Origin: an uncultured Chloroflexia bacterium | GTDB lineage: Bacteria; Chloroflexota; Limnocylindria; QHBO01 | Assembly (NCBI GenBank): GCA_963825525.1 | Contig: CAWGTN010000001.1 | Span: 32,001-96,000 of the forward strand | Direction: 5' to 3' | Length of the DNA: 64,000 nucleotides | Shown here: piece after piece, positions 62,437 to 64,000 of the stretch | Position numbering within the stretch: the stretch's first letter is position 1 | How the letters are laid out: each line of letters starts with the position of its first letter | Position numbers and translations under genes: made by a program | The notes under the pieces: model-generated | What the model saw: only the letters and a program-made list of their open reading frames with translations | Told to the model about the DNA's origin: nothing | Database searches by the model: none

Positions 62437-62590
62437 CCACCACGACGGGAAGCACGAAGGGAGGCCGGACGTGGGCACCCGCCGGCCTCCCATTCACCTG
62501 CAACGACTCGCAGCCGTGGGAGGCCGGCGTCGCTGGTGACGCTTCGCATGATACGAGGCCACCCACGGACCGCACTAGTACCTTTGTCGC

Positions 62591-63445
62591 TCAGGCGACG
62601 TCCCACGCCAGCGGCATGTTGTCGGTCAGACGGGTCCGGCCGATGCCGACGGCGATCAGCGCCAGTGCCGGCCCCGAGACGCGCTGGAGCTCCGCCAGGG
62701 ATATGGCGTCAGCCACGCTCACGTAGTCGATGCGCGCCTTGGCCTCGCGCGACAACGCATCGGTCATCCGCCAGCGGAGCACCTCCGCCGATCGCTCGCC
62801 GGCGTCATACGCATCCTTGGCCGCGGTCAGTGCCGTGAACAGGCAGGTCGCCGCGTGCCGCTCCTCGATCCCGAGCTGGGCGTTGGCGCTCGACAGCGCC
62901 AATCCATCGGCCTCTCGAATGGTCGGACAGATCACGAGCTCGACGTTGAGGAAGAGGTCGCGCAGCATGCGGCGCACGATGACCACCTGCTGGGCGTGCC
63001 GCTGACCCATGTAAAGCCGAGCGGGTCCCACGAGGTTGACAAGCTTGAGCATCACCGTCGTCAGCCCGTCGAGGTGGCCCGGTCGCGAGGCCCCCTCCAG
63101 CTGTCGCGTCAGGCCCTCGACCGTCACCCGCGTCGTGTCGCTGGGCGGATACAGGGTGGCCACATCGGGGACGAACGCGATGTCGACGCCCGAGTGCTCC
63201 AGCAGGGCGAGGTCGCGAGCGGTGTCACGCTGGCCATGGGTGGCCTCGTCAAGCGAGCGGAAGGCACCCGGGTTGGTGAAGCTCGAGGCCACCACGCAGC
63301 CATTCTCCGAGCGAGCGCGGAGGACCAGGGAGAGCTGGCCGTCATGGAGCATGCCCATGGTAGGCACGAAGCCGACGCTGTCACCGGCCACCCGACGCTC
63401 GAGGATGGCGTCGCGGAGCTCGTCGGTGCGGTGGACGACGATCAC
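62591..63445 (-). CDS. panC: Pantoate--beta-alanine ligase homolog with atypical active-site motifs
   Basis: GFVPTMGMLHDG, LEGASRPGH, PTIREADGLALSS, IDYV, RLTDN; GTGA overlap with coaBC. Confidence 0.8.
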   Translation of the reverse strand: MIVVHRTDELRDAILERRVAGDSVGFVPTMGMLHDGQLSLVLRARSENGCVVASSFTNPGAFRSLDEATHGQRDTARDLALLEHSGVDIAFVPDVATLYPPSDTTRVTVEGLTRQLEGASRPGHLDGLTTVMLKLVNLVGPARLYMGQRHAQQVVIVRRMLRDLFLNVELVICPTIREADGLALSSANAQLGIEERHAATCLFTALTAAKDAYDAGERSAEVLRWRMTDALSREAKARIDYVSVADAISLAELQRVSGPALALIAVGIGRTRLTDNMPLAWDVA

Positions 63446-64000
63446 GAACGGCGGCGGCGACCGCCGGGGGCGGTCCCATCCGTCGAACGGCTGTTGCGGT
63501 AGCGATCGCCGATGAGATCCCACAGCCGCTCGGCCACCTGGCGCTTTGGCAGCATCGGCCAATCCGTCAGCGATCCCTCGGCGCCGAACACGGTGACCTT
63601 GTTCTCGTCGGAGCCGATGGCGTCGAACGGCCCGCCCACCACGTTGCCGACGATGAGGTCGAGCCCCTTGTCGCGCAGCTTGGCGGCGGCATTGACCTCC
63701 AGGTCCTGCGACTCGGCGGCAAAGCCGATGAGGAACGGGCGGATGTCGTCGGGCATCTCACCGACCTCGGCCACGATGTCGGGGTTCGGGACCAGCTCGA
63801 TCTGGAGGTTCTCGCCGGAGCGCTTGATCTTCCGCTGGCTGGCACGTGCCGGGGCGAAGTCGGCAACGGCCGCTGCCATGACCAGGATGTCGGCGTTCGT
63901 CGCTGCCCGAAGCACGGCCTCGCGCATCGTCTGGGCGGTGGTGGCGTCGATGACCGTGACACCGCGGGGCGGAGTGACCCCCATGGCACCGGCGATCAGC
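63442..64000 (-). CDS. coaBC: Phosphopantothenate--cysteine ligase part of CoaBC (partial; 5' end outside the window)
   Basis: MAAAVADF, KIKR, NPDI, IGFAAES, KLRDKGLDLIVGN, GSDENKV. Confidence 0.9.
   Translation of the reverse strand, partial: LIAGAMGVTPPRGVTVIDATTAQTMREAVLRAATNADILVMAAAVADFAPARASQRKIKRSGENLQIELVPNPDIVAEVGEMPDDIRPFLIGFAAESQDLEVNAAAKLRDKGLDLIVGNVVGGPFDAIGSDENKVTVFGAEGSLTDWPMLPKRQVAERLWDLIGDRYRNSRSTDGTAPGGRRRRS

Overview
A high-GC bacterial chromosome segment densely packed with housekeeping and metabolic genes; gene content and style suggest Chloroflexota, possibly Limnocylindria (inference). It holds a Trp T-box-controlled trpD-trpC/F/B(fusion)-trpA operon, an FTR1 iron permease, peptide and osmoprotectant ABC transporters, two S9 peptidases and a CysS/MshC-like ligase. 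It also holds a split B12-dependent acyl-CoA mutase with an isobutyryl-CoA-mutase signature, a beta-oxidation cluster, two Glu/Leu/Phe/Val dehydrogenase paralogs (one catalytically degenerate), folE, an atypical panC and coaBC. I recognised no rRNA, tRNA, integrase, transposase or cas gene. The main lead is an XRE-HTH/PD-(D/E)XK nuclease gene at 25.3-26.1 kb with a 5' hairpin and a downstream array of three hairpin repeats at an exact 50-bp period, plus an inverted copy inside the gene. A gene-less palindromic element with the same ~50-bp spacing lies at 35.3 kb. Other leads are several apparent pseudo-enzymes, two unannotated small proteins and pervasive leaderless promoters. Seven genes carry frameshifts that are probably consensus artefacts.
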